A stretch of DNA of 64,000 nucleotides from Paraspadella gotoi (Eukaryota > Animalia > Chaetognatha): positions 10,163,458 to 10,227,457 of the forward strand of contig CM119267.1 of assembly GCA_051294375.1 (NCBI GenBank). Reading direction: 5' to 3'. The translations under genes and the position numbers were made by a program. Shown here one piece after another: positions 1-14,873 of the stretch (position 1 is the stretch's first letter; each line of letters starts with the position of its first letter). The notes beneath the pieces were generated by a model. It worked only from the letters and a program-made list of their open reading frames with translations. It did no database searches and had not been told where the DNA came from.

Positions 1-1052
1 GTGCTATTTCATCAAGTCGTAACATCTGTTTTCCCTGTTAAGGGATCACTGTTAATACCGATAATCATCCGTACCATTAATAGAAATTACGAAATCCTGC
101 TCATCGTTCGGGTAAAACTGAATGAAGTGTGAATCCGATTTTTCACAAATATCTAATACCGAGAAGTATTAACTCAGAGAGAAAGATAGCATTCAAGAAA
201 ATGTTATACATTAAACGATTGCAACAAGCATTTGTTTTGGTCCATCCAAACCTCCTCGTGGAAACTCGCCCGATGTAGATTCTATAACAAATACCTACAA
301 CGAGATCCATCCTAAGCACACACACTGCTTCCCATATCTCCTCTCTCTCCTCTCTCTCTCTCTCTCCTCTCTGTGTGTGTGCTCCTCTCCTCTCAATAAT
401 AACCCCTTGTGTGTGTGTGTGCTTAATCTGACCCGAGCGGATGGTCCTCCCGGGGGGCGGCGGGAGGCGGTTTCTGGGGTGGGGTTTCGGGGGATAAGGC
501 CGGTCGTCGTGTGTGCTTGAGCCACTATGTTTTGGGAGGATGAGGGAGGGGGGGGGATGAGATTTAATCGTTCGCGCCTTCGATCGTGGCAACGAAAATC
601 CCAAATCGGACAACACAAAAAAACGGACAAAAGCGAGGCGGCGAGGCTTTTTCAATTTCCTCCCAGAGAGATGAGAAGAGAAGAGAGCTGAGGTTGAGAG
701 AGAGTAGAGAGAAGACGGAGATCGACGGGAGAATACGAGAGGAGAGAGAAGGTGTTTAGTGAGACTGAGAGACTGGTACTTCCAACTAAGCCTCAATTCC
801 GGGATTGTGGGTTCCGCAGGAGGTAAGAAATGACAATGCCTTTAACGATGGAGGAGAAGAGAGAACGACAGAGAAAGACGAAGAGAAGAGAGGAGGAGAG
901 AGACTACGAGAAAGAGAGAGAGAGAGAGAGAAGAGAGACGAGAGGAGAGACGAGAGATCCGCAAGAGTTTTTGTTCCCCACGTAAGAAGACTTACATTCC
1001 GAGGCAGAGGTATCCCTATCTGAATAACTAGAAACGGCCCCTGTAGTCTCTC

Positions 1053-1104
<52 letters not shown>

Positions 1105-2248
1105 CTCTCTCCTCCTCCTCTCTCTCTTTCTCCTACTCAAGACTCACAGATACCTCCCAAAGACTTGACTCGTTATCGTGTCATCGTCGATTTTTACTGA
1201 GATTATTCGTTTATTCCGTCCATTTGTTATGTTTCAGTTAGTCCAATATTTTCTTGATGTGACAAAAAATTGTGCTGTAAAAGAGACAAATGACGAAAGA
1301 AATTCTCGAATAACGTTCGGGACGAAAATAGGAGGACAATCGTGACAAACTATCGAAAAAGAAACTTTATTCTATTTACTGTACGAAGACTACTTTACGA
1401 CAATTAAACTTGAACGGGAAGAAAAAAAACTCATAATGATACAATTAACATTTGAATCAAGGAATAGAATCAATAGAAAACATGTAGTTGGGGCATTTTA
1501 ATGACGCTGAAACGCGAGCAAGATTTTGAAAGAAGGTGAGACGTAAATCTCGTCGGACAAACGAAGAAAGACAACCCGAGGACGTGACGATGTAGGTTAT
1601 GGGCGGGAAGAAGCGCAGCGGCTCGTTAGGCCACGCCCACTAAACAACGGGCCGAGAAATGTTTGGCGTAAAAGGAAGGAAGATGAAAGCTGAGCATTCG
1701 CGTCAATACCGGTTAAATTTGCCGAAGCGATTGTCCGCCTTCGTTTCGTGGCGTTGAAAAGGTTGTGAAGAAGAAACCGTATGTCAGGGACGATTATGTC
1801 TTTTAACACCGATTATTCAGTCGATTTCTTTTTTTATTAGGATTATATGAGAAAGAGAGGAGAAAGGAGAGACGAGGAGAAGAGAGAGAAAGAGGAGATA
1901 GACGAGAGAGAGGAGAGAGAGATTAGAGAGAGAGAGAGAAGAGAAATAAGATATCGGAAACCTTGATAGTAGCATTAATTTAAAAGGTATCGAAATCCTT
2001 GAAAAATAATTGAAGATCGCTCCCTCTATCCATTTAAGATTGCAAGAGAATCCCTTTACTTTCTTTCTCGAAGCTTTTAAATTGAATTTTTATTTTTGTT
2101 TACTTTTCTCCGCTTATTTTAGTTAGTATTAGCTTCTAGGATGAGTCATAAAAAAGTTTCAGTCAGTCAAAGTTCTAAACCAAATCCTTCCCGCTCTCGC
2201 CTTTAAACTTGCCCACTAAAAAATCCTCTCTCTTTCCCTCTCTAAAAA

Positions 2249-2378
<130 letters not shown>

Positions 2379-3296
2379 GGCGAAGCAAAAGCGATTTAAC
2401 ATCTGCGCAACAGTTGTTCGCAAACAATCCTTTCCAGCTTTAATGTTTTTTTTTCTTTTTCCCTCCATCTTCACCGAAAATGCCGTAAACTATTCGAACT
2501 CGCTTGCTCAAAGCTTCGATGCTTCCTCGTCGAAACGCATCACTTTTAGATGAATTTTAGTCTGGATTCGATATTCTATTTCTATTTGCGATTTATTTTT
2601 AAAATTTTGTAATATTTTATATATGTGTGATCGTTAAACAAAAAAACACGCACCCAAATATGGCGCATCCATATCATAATATATTTTTTTTAATGTGAGA
2701 CCCTGAATGAAGCAAATGTGTACATCAAATTTTTCAAGATTTTTTTCCTTTTTGCTTTGGTTTTCTTCGTTTTTTGTTTTTTGTTTTTTTTTTAACTTTT
2801 GCTTCTTTTAATTTCTATAAAAACAATCTAAAAAAAAATATGTAAAAGTTGAGGCTCGGCTCGAGGGATTTCTGTATCAAAGTTTAAAACTCGGAGTTTC
2901 GTATTTATTAAACAAATAGTTTAACGAGACAATTATAATGGCTTTAAATTAGACAAGGATGGTTTTTTTTAAAAAATGATTTTTTAAAAACATATGGTCT
3001 GACCCATTTAGAAACTCTCTGATCCTTCTCCGAAGAATATCCACCCACGAAAATCCTCTTACGTCGCGATTTCGTAAGAAAAATATGCATATGACGTCTC
3101 GAAGGCGACGCGGGGTGTTTGAGGAAACGTCGACTGCAAAATCTTATCACCTCTTTTTTTTTATTGACCCAAAAAACGTGCCGAAAGTAAAAAATAAAAC
3201 CCTGAAGTTGGATCCTCAAGATTTAATTCTGCATTGCTCTATCGCAAACGTGAATATTGTCCCCGAAACAGTCGACTTGATATCGAACTCTCTCTC

Positions 3297-3373
<77 letters not shown>

Positions 3374-3545
3374 TCTGATCCCCCTCTTTCTTCTCCGTTT
3401 TTCCTTCCTGTTCGTGCATACTAGAACAATCTTATGATTAAATTACCAACTTAAATTACCAAAAAGTCTGAACAAAAATCACAACAGAACTCCTGATTAT
3501 GACGATTTTTTTCTCTTCGACCTTGGGTGGGATCAAAAATGTGGT

Positions 3546-3596
<51 letters not shown>

Positions 3597-3888
3597 AGTA
3601 CGAGAGAGAACAAAGAAAGAGTACGCAGAGCGACAGATTTCTGTTTTAACGCATTTCTTACATTCACACTCCTTGAACCAAACAGTGATTGAAGGAAAGG
3701 ATGGTCGTTATACCGAAGCTCTGGCCCCGGACAGAGAGAGGAACTGACATTGAAAGACTGAGGAACGAAAAATGATAATTAGAGAGAAGTTATGATTTTA
3801 GATAACAAAATAAAGCATACTTAACAAACCTCCCCGAGCAACTTTAACCTGCTCTTGTAGTGTGCGCATTCCATCCTAGTTTTAACAA

Positions 3889-3913
3889 NNNNNNNNNNNN
3901 NNNNNNNNNNNNN
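3889..3913. other. Assembly gap (25 N) flanked by a duplicated ~500-bp block
   Basis: Run of N. The sequence after the gap (3914-~4410, GTGAATATTGTCCCCGAAACAGTCGAC...) repeats 3250-~3745 with many indels. Confidence 0.95.
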
Positions 3914-3953
3914 GTGAATATTGTCCCCGAAACAGTCGACTTGATATCAACTC

Positions 3954-4007
<54 letters not shown>

Positions 4008-4204
4008 CTTCTCCTCTCTTCTCTCTCTCTCTCTCGTTCCCCCTCTTTCTTTCTCCGTTTTTCCTTCCTGTTCGTGCATACTTAAGACATCTTATGATTA
4101 AATACTACACTTAAATTACCAAAAACTGAACAAAAATCACATACAGAACTCCTGCATTTATGACGATTTTTTTTCTTTCGACTTGGGTGGGATCAAAATG
4201 TGGT

Positions 4205-4245
<41 letters not shown>

Positions 4246-4994
4246 GAGAGATGGAAGATAGTACGATGAGAGTAACAAAAGAAAAAGTGCAGAGCCGTAA
4301 GATTTCTGTTTTTAACGCATTTCATTACATTCACATCCTTGACCACCAAACATGACTATTGGAAGGAAAGGATGGTCGTGTATACCCGAAGCTCGGCCCC
4401 GCAGAGAGAGAGAGAGAGAAAGAGAGAGTAGTGAGAGATGCTATGATGTGAGAGAGTTAGAGAGAGAGAGAGAGATGATGAGAGAGAGAGAGAGAGAGTA
4501 TGAGAGGCCCCTGTAAAACACTAATCGACTGCCCTTGCGTCGCCTCGTTTGGCCGAGAACTGACCATAAAAGAGGAATGATTGTTTTGGGTCGCTCGTTT
4601 TCGTCCTCCCCTTCAAATGAATCACAGGCCATTGCAAAAAAAAAAAAAAAACTGTTGGTGCATTCTAAAAAATGAAACGAAGCCTTTTCTGAAAATTATC
4701 GCCGGTCGATGGGGAAAGGTTACCGCCTTGATTTCACTTCTTACATTTAGAGAAACGGGAGTAGTAAACTAAAGCGCGAATTAATTTATTCGTAGGTTTG
4801 AAAGATTTAGACGAAAGTTAAATATATTCGAACTCGGATTGAATTTATTCCTTTTGACTCGATTCACACCCTTCCACATAAAAAAAAACCTTTCATTTCC
4901 CGCCGAAATTACGTCCAGACACCTCGACCTAAAAAAATAATCTCGCGAAAAAAGGCGATGAAAAAATATCCTCAGTTCTTCCTATCTTAAATAA

Positions 4995-5263
4995 ATTGTA
5001 CTATTATGGCAACGGGAGGATAGCCTGTGATACCCGGGGCGCGGGGTATCTCACCAACTGGCGTAGGGGCTGCGGACCCTCAGTGACCGCCTCCTGTCAC
5101 TGGCATGTTTATACCGGCACCGTCACATTTAAGCCAGAACCGGGATACCCAGGGATTGAACCCGGGACGCACGGAAGGAATGAGATGATTTTGCCTGCTC
5201 AGCCATTGAGACGAGGCTGAGGACGGACAGCAGTGAGGCAGCTTTAAGTCTTGCTGCCACACT
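4995..5263 (-). mobile_element. tRNA-derived SINE-like element (family B)
   Basis: Minus strand has an A-box-like TGGCTGAGCAGG (rc of 5194-5205) and a B-box GGGTTCAATCC (rc within 5152-5166). It is a GC-rich island with several hairpins; only one copy is in the window. Confidence 0.55.
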
Positions 5264-5825
5264 ATTTCTTTTCTTTATCTAATATGCCTAGTTTCCAATC
5301 GGTTTAAACCTCTTTCCTTCGATCAATCAGAACCAATCATCATAATCAACCAACAATCTCGAGGTAAAACCGTTCGTTTGAAAAAAATTTAAAAATTGAA
5401 AAAAAAAAAAACCCACGGAATTCTCGAGAATAAAACGAGTCCAAAATTCGACGCAGATTTTTTCGGAGATGAAATATATGAAAAAAAAATTCCTTTTTTT
5501 TTTCTCGAAGGGGCGAGGGAGACTGGGACGGAAAAGTAGTTCCAGATGTACATATGGATACCAAACTTTAGATGGGTAGTTTTCGTTTAGGTGAACGGTG
5601 GTGGAAAAGAGTGGGGGGTCGGGGGACGACGGTGGTTCGAGGTTGGACAAAAGGACGTCGTGCGAGAAACGGACGGGGCGAGGCGGGGCGCGAGAGGGGC
5701 GGTGATTGAAGCGAAGACGACCGGTCCGGGTCCGGCATGGGCGACGCTGACTCGGAAATTCGAGGATGATTACGGCATTAGCCGATCGGGGTCTCTGAAG
5801 TTTGGATACGAAGGAAAATCAAAAA

Positions 5826-5850
5826 NNNNNNNNNNNNNNNNNNNNNNNNN
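5826..5850. other. Assembly gap (25 N)
   Basis: Run of N. Both flanks share ATACGAA(AA)GGAAA.TCAAAAA, suggesting overlapping contig ends. Confidence 0.95.
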
Positions 5851-6802
5851 ATACGAAAAGGAAATTCAAAAAAATGAGAGGGCGGTGCAGAAACGGCGAG
5901 AACGAACAATGTTTACGCCCAGCGGAAATTAAGCGCTGCAGAGGAAAATTATTTCGCTTTTAACTTGTTAATCTCTATCATACTACTCATTATGTACTAT
6001 ATCCCGTATTACAGACGAGAGAGAGAGACGAGAGAGAAGTGAGAGACATGGACTGAGAGAGAGAGAAGAGACAGAGAGAGAGAGTGAGAGAGAGAGAGAA
6101 GAGAGAGAGAGAGAAGAGAGAGGAAACGGATGGTCAGTGAATTGTCGTCTTTTAATGATTTTCAGATTTGATCGCTGATTGAAAACTTGCGACGAGACGC
6201 GAGCAGAGATAGAGAGAGAGAGGAGAGAGAGGGAGATATGAATCCGCGAGTCGTTCGTTCTTCAGGTTTTTTATTCCTCCCCCCTTCCAAATTCGAATTC
6301 TGTAATTAGAGGTGGGCGGGGGATAATTAGAGAGTTATATGAGTTACGGTGTGGAGGTGGCGGCGATGCGCGTGAGTCGGGGGAACGAGGCGCGAATAGA
6401 TTATCAGATAGATGATCGGGATTTTATTAACAAGTCTCCTCGATTCGAAACTTCGATAACAAAGTTTTTCCCTTTCGCTTTCGCTTTATTATTTCGGGTT
6501 TTCGTTCCCGATTTTCCGCCACCGAGTTTAAAGAGTTTTGGTGAGGCTAGGCGAATTCGGAAAGGAGTGGAAATTGTTGAAAGTAGGGAGTAGGAATTAC
6601 GGTAAGGGGAAAGTTGCGGGAAGGCATTTGGGAAAATTCTAAATTGGGAAGTGGGAAATTCTATGAGCGCAAGGTCGGATGACGCGACAAGCTCCGATGA
6701 AACAATCTGAAATGTGGACTTTTGTTACGGGCCCACAGTAGTTATTTCTAAAACTCTATATTCTATATATCTATTGGATTAATTATCAATAATTAAGCTT
6801 GG

Positions 6803-7871
6803 GCAAAATGATTTTTAGTTTCACAATCGAAGTTTTATTTAATCATAAAAACTCGTATATATCGTTTCGTGTTTGGATTCAAGCCATTCTTTCAGCGTCA
6901 ATGATTTGTTGAAATGCTATACACGTTTTTTGTGTAAAACGAAGGCTGAAAGAGATTATTCTCTGACGCCAAAAGCGACGACGAGAGAGAAGAGAAGAGA
7001 GGGCGAGAGAGAGAGCATAGGGCAACTAGTCTCCAACCAAGTGAGTTGAGAGAAATACAAGTAACACTAGTGGTCAAGTGGTGAGGTACAGGTTAAGAAT
7101 TCTGATAGAGGATTTTAGTTTTGAATAAGAATGAAATGTTTCTAGAGTGAGATGCAGATTGACGAGAAGAGAGAGAGAGGGAGAGAGAGAAGACCGGGAA
7201 CGGAGAAGACGAGAGAGCACAGAGAGAGACAAATAAATATTACATTTCAAATGTACAACAAATAAAGTTTTAAAACTGTTCTTAACAATCTAACTATTTG
7301 AATAAATAAATAAGTGAAGGTGAAAATGGAAATGGTGAAAGCTGAAGAAGATACATTTAGTGTTAAGAATTGTTAATAAGGTTAATAATATGAATTAAGA
7401 AAAGCTCAAAGTGAGCTCTCTGTTTGACAAATGAAGGCTCGCGCGATGCTGATTCGGGTCTGGGTTCATTTGGGACCCGTGTCATTGCGTTGAGAGGGTG
7501 ACAATTGAACTTTGAGCTCTTTCTTAATTCTTAATTTCTAACTTTTATTAACAATTCTTAACACTAAAATCACTTCACATTCATTTTCACCTTCACTTAT
7601 TTATTTATAAATAGTTAATTAAGTAATAACAGTTTAAAAACTTATTTGTTGTTTACATTGAAATGTAATATTATTTTCTCTTCCCTGTCTCTCTCTCTCT
7701 TCTCCCTCTCTCTTCTCCCTCTCTCTCGCTTCTCTCAATCTCTCTCACTCTGACCATTTCATTTTCTTATTCAAAACTAAAAATCTCTATCTGTCCTCAT
7801 TTCTTAAACCTGGCCCCTCACCACTCTGACCACTATTATTTTTCTACAACTTCTGTGTTGGAAACTTTGCC

Positions 7872-7921
<50 letters not shown>

Positions 7922-8036
7922 GCCTCTTTTACACAAAAACTGCTACAAAATTCACATCCAATTGAATCCCCAAGCCGAAACATGTACGTTTTCTATGATT
8001 AAATAAAATTCGTTGTGAAACAAAAATCATTTTCCA
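6803..8036. mobile_element. Degenerate ~1.2-kb palindromic element, related to 33802-35150, with hammerhead remnants at the arm ends
   Basis: Arms are reverse complements (e.g. TTAAGAATTGTTAATAA / TTATTAACAATTCTTAA; AAAATGATTTTTAGTTTCACAA / TTGTGAAACAAAAATCATTTT). The right arm shares TTTGAGCTCT.TCTTAATTC, TGTGTTGGAAACTTTGCCCT and GCCGAAACATGT with the GCLC-intron palindrome. Confidence 0.75.
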
Positions 8037-9255
8037 ATACCATTAAAACTAACGTGAACACAGATAAGGTATTACATAATAATTAAGACTAAACTGGGAC
8101 AGGAAGTTTATTTCGGGTCCAGGGAAGTCTGCCCTTCTGTGCAGGGAGGATGACTGAAGAAAGAAGGGCAGGACAAACGAGAATGAGAAGCAAACAATCC
8201 AATTAAAAGAAATTGACGAGACACAGAATCTTATAAAAAATAAAACATTGGAAAAAAAAAATAGAAGCAAGACAGAAGGAAAGAAAGAACGAGAATGAAA
8301 GAAAATAAGAAAGAAAATAACTAAAAAAATTCCTTTTTTTTTTAATTTTATTTTTATTTTTCTGAATCTTTCTCCCCTCATCTCCTTTGCCGAGAAAGAA
8401 GTTCTGAATAAAAAAGAAAAAAGAGTCATAAAGGAGACGAAAATTAGCGCCTGCCAGAAAAACATTAGACACGGTTCCTTCTTAATCGTCCCCTTTGAGC
8501 TTCTTTCTTCTCTATCTAGTTCTCCGAAAAAAGAAAATTAATAATCGATTCTGGGAAGAAATAAATTACCAAAAGCGGCGTCCGAGAGAGAATCGTCTCT
8601 CTCTCTATCTCTCTCTCTCTCTCATTGCCTCCCCCGATTCTTTAGTATTTCTTATCTACTTTTTTTCGATTTCGTGTCGACTCGTCATCGTCGTGTTCCG
8701 ACTCGGATATTCTTTTTTATTTCTTTTTTTTGGGGCTGGATCCCATCGTTGCTCTTTTATTTGTTTCGACGAAGCTTCTTTATTTAATTTTTTTCGACTG
8801 TTAGCAAGGATTATTAAAAATATTTAGGTTTTAATAATGTCCTCGTCTTTAGCGAACATCAATCTCGAGTTGGCAAATTAATTTCTTTTCGTTTGAGAAA
8901 TTTCTTCCAAATATTCTGGAGAGTGTTTATGAACGATCCTTGTCTCTGCAAAATCTTTGGTCTTAGAAGCATTTTTTACAATGAATAATTTTAGGATATC
9001 TTTTTTTTGTAGCGCTGAAATTAGAGTAACAAAGATATTTGTTAATATTTGTACGAACCTGCGCGGCCCCTTAACGAAAAGTTCAGATTACTCGGCATCA
9101 TAGATTAAAATACCTATCGGGCTTTTAACGAAAGTGAACTTATACTAAAATAACATTAAAAGAAGAACAGCTTTAAAAAAAAGTATGTGATGTCACTAAA
9201 AATATGGGAAAATCCCTGCTTTATTTCGTAACAATAAAGATCATTCTCTATCCAG

Positions 9256-9315
<60 letters not shown>

Positions 9316-9983
9316 AAAGACTCTTCGTTCTCCTCTTAGTTTTACTAATTAGCCTGGCGGTCCGTTCGAGATTTGATCCATTGCTTCGATCTTTGTATGC
9401 GCATCATCGAAAGACTTTCTTCTTCAATTTTTTATCGAGTTCCTATCTTTTTTTCAAACTCGATTATATTTTCAAAAAAAAAAAAAAAAAGAAACGACGG
9501 GCGAAGAATCTTCTTTTCTTTTTGTGTACCCCACCACTCACTCTCCCGTTATAATACCCTGTCTTAGCTCTTTACCAGCCCCAGCCCCCCCCCCAATACC
9601 CCCGCGCCCGCTGCACATTCTTTCGTATTTTCTCTATATTCATTTTTTTTCGGTCTTAATCCGCTTTATGCGTCGATAAGATATGAAACGAGATTATATG
9701 GGATGGAAAGAAAGTAGGAAAATGGGAGGAATGAAGAAACAGAGTATAAAGAAGAATGCAATGCGCAACCTGTGAATGCTGAATGTCGGGGGTTCAACCA
9801 CAATTTTGTAAGTAAAAGTATATGGAACGTTGCTCCTGGGGAAAATATCGGGAATTAAAATGACATGTAGAAAGTAGATATCAAAATAATATCCTTCCTC
9901 TGTTGCATGCCGGTAATTTTAATTTTATAATTTATCTCATTCTTGAAATTAGTCTATTTCAATATTTTCTTCGGTGGAATCTT

Positions 9984-10045
<62 letters not shown>

Positions 10046-10416
10046 GGCAGACGATCTTTTTCTCACTTAATTAACGCGACTTACTACATCCCTGAATTCT
10101 ACGCACACCTAGATTCGAATCCAAATTGGATCTTTTTCGCGCACATAAACTTTTCGATCAAGTTTTTTTGGTTCGCATCAATTCTTGCCGTCCATGTCGT
10201 AGTGTATTTGTATTTATCCAGAAAAGGAAAATAAACCCATTTTAAATTTTCCTCTATCGCGAACTGCTTCGTTGAAGCCCTTTCGACAACGCCGGGTCTC
10301 GAACGCCGAACTTTCCAGCCACTCCCAAACGAACCGCCGTCGCCGTCTAAAAACTCAGGTAAATCCCGCAAAAAAACTTTCAACTCTCAAAAAAAAAAAA
10401 AAAAAAGAATAATAGC

Positions 10417-10497
10417 TGAGGATGATGAAGAGGAGGAGGAATAAGAGGAGGATGAGGAAGAGGAGGAGGAATGAGAGGAGGATGAGGAAGAGGAAGG
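10417..10497 (+). repeat. Purine-rich minisatellite (~27-bp unit, x3)
   Basis: GAGGATGA(T/G)GAAGAGGAGGAGGAAT repeated about three times. Confidence 0.7.
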
Positions 10498-11786
10498 TGA
10501 AAGGGTTCGAGGGCAAAGACACTGAATAACCTTCCGATTCTTTCGCTGTTAAAAACTTAAATATTACATTCGTTCTCGATTTTTTCTTTTCTTTTTTTTT
10601 ACACTTTCTAATTTTTAAAATTATGATTCATACGCTGGAAAAAAAAAGCCCTGGATTGTACATCCGTAGTACGTAAAAATGCTGGCCTTCTTTTTCACGC
10701 TACGAGCGAATTGCGTCATTCAAAAGTTCTTGTTTGTTCTTTCACGCTATTTTTTTTTTTTTTTTTTTGGTAAACTTTATCGTATTTCGAAATTTGGGCC
10801 AAAATGAATTCGTTCCCTCGTTAAAAAGTCGTCAACAATAACAAGAGAAAAAAAAGGCAAGGATCGCCGTGGCATCCGTGGAACGCAAACGGAAGCCGCT
10901 AACCGTAAATAAAAAAAACATTTCTTTCTTTCCTCTTTTCTTTGACCACGTTTCTGTTTAACTCGAAATAAAAGCGGAAGAGCTGCAGGATTTACGGCCT
11001 TATTTTCTCAAAACGTCTCATTTCATCTTAAATTCAGGCATTAAATTATTTTTTAAATTTATAAATTATTTTCAAAGTAATAGAGTAATTTAATTTTTAT
11101 TAAAACAACGATGATTCAAAAAATTTTGTTGTATTAATGAAAATAAAATAACTTTTTTACTTTGACACTAAAAATAATTTAAAAAAAAATATTACGATTA
11201 TACAAAATATTTTTTTTTTAAATTTTAAATTAAGTTATGGTTAAGGATTAAATTAAAACTTTATTTAATGATTTTGGTTAAGGATTAGATTAATAATACA
11301 GGGATTAAAATTAAGAATATTTAATTAATATTAAGGATTGAGCATTAGGGTTTGCGGTTAAAGTTGAAGATTAGGTTAGGGTTAGGGTTTAGGATCCGGG
11401 ATTAGGGAATAAGTTATAAGTTTAATAATATATAAAGATTACATTTCAAAGTTAAAATTAAATATAGGGATTCAGAAACAGAAATGGTGCTCGTTTCGAA
11501 AAGAGAGCGGTATTTTTGACGGTGAACTCTCTAAACTGACCCGAATTCGAACCAACCGATCCGGTTTACAGTTGAATAAGTTTTGGAAAATATGACCGAA
11601 AAAACCGAAACCAAAACATAAACAAAAAAAAACCAAAAAAATATGGAAACAAAGCAAACTTCAGTTTCCTTCTTCAATGAATTGAAACAAAAAATAACAC
11701 AAAGTTTCGTCTGAACCGAAAGTAAAACCAAATAAACGAAATTTCATTCAACTAAAAACGTTCTACAACGAATCTGCAGAGCGTGA

Positions 11787-11827
<41 letters not shown>

Positions 11828-12733
11828 TCGTCCACGTCGCCCGATCGAGCGTGGAGTAAGTCTCACGAGTTTCACGGGGGATTTCTTACGGCGACGACGA
11901 AAATGACAACGCGAAAACGATGTGGTGACGTCGGTCGCACGGCCGGTCCCGCGGATCCGTGGACCCGACTCGGTGGAAACGGATTCCTGCGTGTGGCTGG
12001 AAACCCCCGGCCGCGACCTCTCAATGGAAACAATTACGGGTCGAACCAAAAAAAAAGCCACGGACCGTAGCGGATCTCTCTCTCTCTCTCTCTCTCTCTC
12101 ATTGCTGATGATTTATCTTGATCGAAGCACGAATGCAAAACAATACACCATAAAAAGTTAAAGTCACAGCTGAAGCAATACGGTACATCCATTCTCAAAT
12201 ATGATGTCAAAGTTTTAATGAATTCTAAAATGCATTCTACTTTATTAGTATAATATATAGGTAGAATTCATGATTATGGGGTTTTTTATCATGGGTAAAT
12301 GTAAAAGCAAAGACATCTGACCAACTTTTTGGTGACCCAAAAAATTAGAGAAAAATTATATTTTTTTAAAAAAAATATTTTGAAATTTATACTTTTTAAT
12401 TTTTTATCAAATGCCTACCTACTGACCCACGAAATAGAAAAAACAAACGATTCATTATTTGGAATGAGAATTGTTGGGTTTGACCCGATGAAAGACCCAA
12501 AATATAGGGACCACCTCGTCCCATACAACGAAGGCTTCTTTTGTTTATTTCAATTCTGCGATTTTCGGTGCAGGAAGTGACCACCGTACGATCGATTGTT
12601 TTACCTTCTCGCGGTGGTCAGCCACGACGACGACGACGACGACCTTACCCGGATTTAATCGGGCTGCCTCAGTCTTTTTTTCTTTTTCTTTCTTTCTTAT
12701 CCTTCATTCTCCGATTTCGCCGAGGGTAGAACG

Positions 12734-12800
<67 letters not shown>

Positions 12801-13123
12801 CACACATCTGGACTACAGTGAGTGAAAGAGAGAGCGAGAGGCTTTTTCAATTCATCCCTGCTGCAGCTTTCGATGAAAAATCGTGGTGTACGGAAGAGCG
12901 AAAAAAACCCAGGTCGCCTTTTTCTCTCTCTCTCTCGCTCTTTTCGTCTCCCCGTATTTTTTTTTTCGTCGATGTCGCAGCTTTATCCACTTGTCAACAA
13001 ACAAAGACGTCAGTCACGCATCTCCCGGGAAACCTCCGCCCTTTCCCAAAAAGATGTCAATTCAACGCGACAATTGAAATAAATCCTCCTCTTCTGGTAA
13101 ATACGTTTAAAAAAAACTGTTTA

Positions 13124-13228
<105 letters not shown>

Positions 13229-13564
13229 GTCCACACCTGGTAAAAAGTTTCTTCTCAAAGTGCGAAAAGAGATACAGGGCGAATTCCAGAGTCTAAACGA
13301 CGAAGAAAAATAAGGAAAGGCAAGAAAACAACCGAAAACCTGAAATGAATAAAAAGGGGAATTTTTGATCGACAACTAAAACAACCACAACAAAAACCAA
13401 TTTCTAATAGTAACAGGCTATCGATCGCCAGTGTTTAGAGGACGACCGAACAGAAAAAAAAAAGCACAAAAAAACAAAAAAAAGGGGAGAAAAAGAATAA
13501 TTTTTGGTCTTGCCTAATGAAATCAATCTTCATTTATTTCAACAAGCTATTAGCCCGATACAAC

Positions 13565-13612
<48 letters not shown>

Positions 13613-14188
13613 GAAAAAATATTTAAGTATATACATATGATGTGTCTAGAGTCGAGAAAGAGAGATAAAATCAGTGTAAGAAAGATAATATAGAAATTAA
13701 AAAAATAATCTTTGGCATATAAAACAGCAAAGAAAATAAACAAAAAATCGTAAAAACCCTTTTTTTTTCTTTACCAACGAAGAGAGAGAGAGAGAGAGAG
13801 TGAGAGATTCGATCCAATCCAATCGACAAAGGAGAGAGAAAAAAAATTTGAAGACCGTTTTTTCTGCCTCATTCCTTTTCAAAAAAGATTTCACACTATT
13901 TATTTGAGCGTCGATAAGTTTCACCTCCTTCAATCACAATAGTCTCTCTCTCTCTCTCTCTCTCTCTCCCTTTCACTCTCTCTAGTTTTCATCTGGTGCT
14001 CCCGTTCGAAATTGGGGCCACAAAATTCAAAAAGATAAACTAAAAAGTGTCATCAGATATTTGGTTTCTCCCACGAAGAAGATTGTGAAACTGATATAAA
14101 AATGCGACCGCACCTTGGTGGGGGGACAAATTACCATTGCGTGCCCGATTTGTGAAATTCACACTCACAAAATCACACATTAAGCAAG

Positions 14189-14239
<51 letters not shown>

Positions 14240-14783
14240 CGTCGTTCTTTGGGAGTTATGTGGACTAAGACTTCTCGTGATCTCTCTTTTCAAATCCGTG
14301 ATTTTTTTGAAACTCGGCTCCTCTGCCTGCGCTTCGACTTTAAAAATCTAAGGAGTTAGACTAAAAGTACGAAAGCCAAATTCGTAAAAGAAAAACGAAA
14401 AAACTTAAAGAAACAAGCTCATGGTAATAAAACTTAAGTTTAATGCCAAAAAGTTTCTATCGTTCGATTATTACGACGTTAAATAAAAGAAAAACTTCTG
14501 AACTTAGTTTTATACACATACCGAAAATAACTAAAAACAAACCAAATTTGTAAAATAAATGGGAATAACAATATAAACAACAGCGACTAAAAAAAAACAA
14601 AAAAACCAAAAAAAACGATGAATAAAATAAAAAACCCGGGAAGCGAATCACACAGTTCGATTCCACACGGGATAGAATTTGGAAAAATAAGAAGCTCGTT
14701 AATCTTATTAAAGGCGAAAACCCTGCGAGGAAGTAAAAAGAAATAATAAGAAAATACAGGGCTCTTTTTTGTGCAATCTCTCA

Positions 14784-14873
<90 letters not shown>

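Noticed and set aside
11340-11410. TTAGG/TTAGGG runs as an interstitial telomere
   Set aside because: Only a few degenerate units in an AT-rich repeat; more like the MITE interiors.
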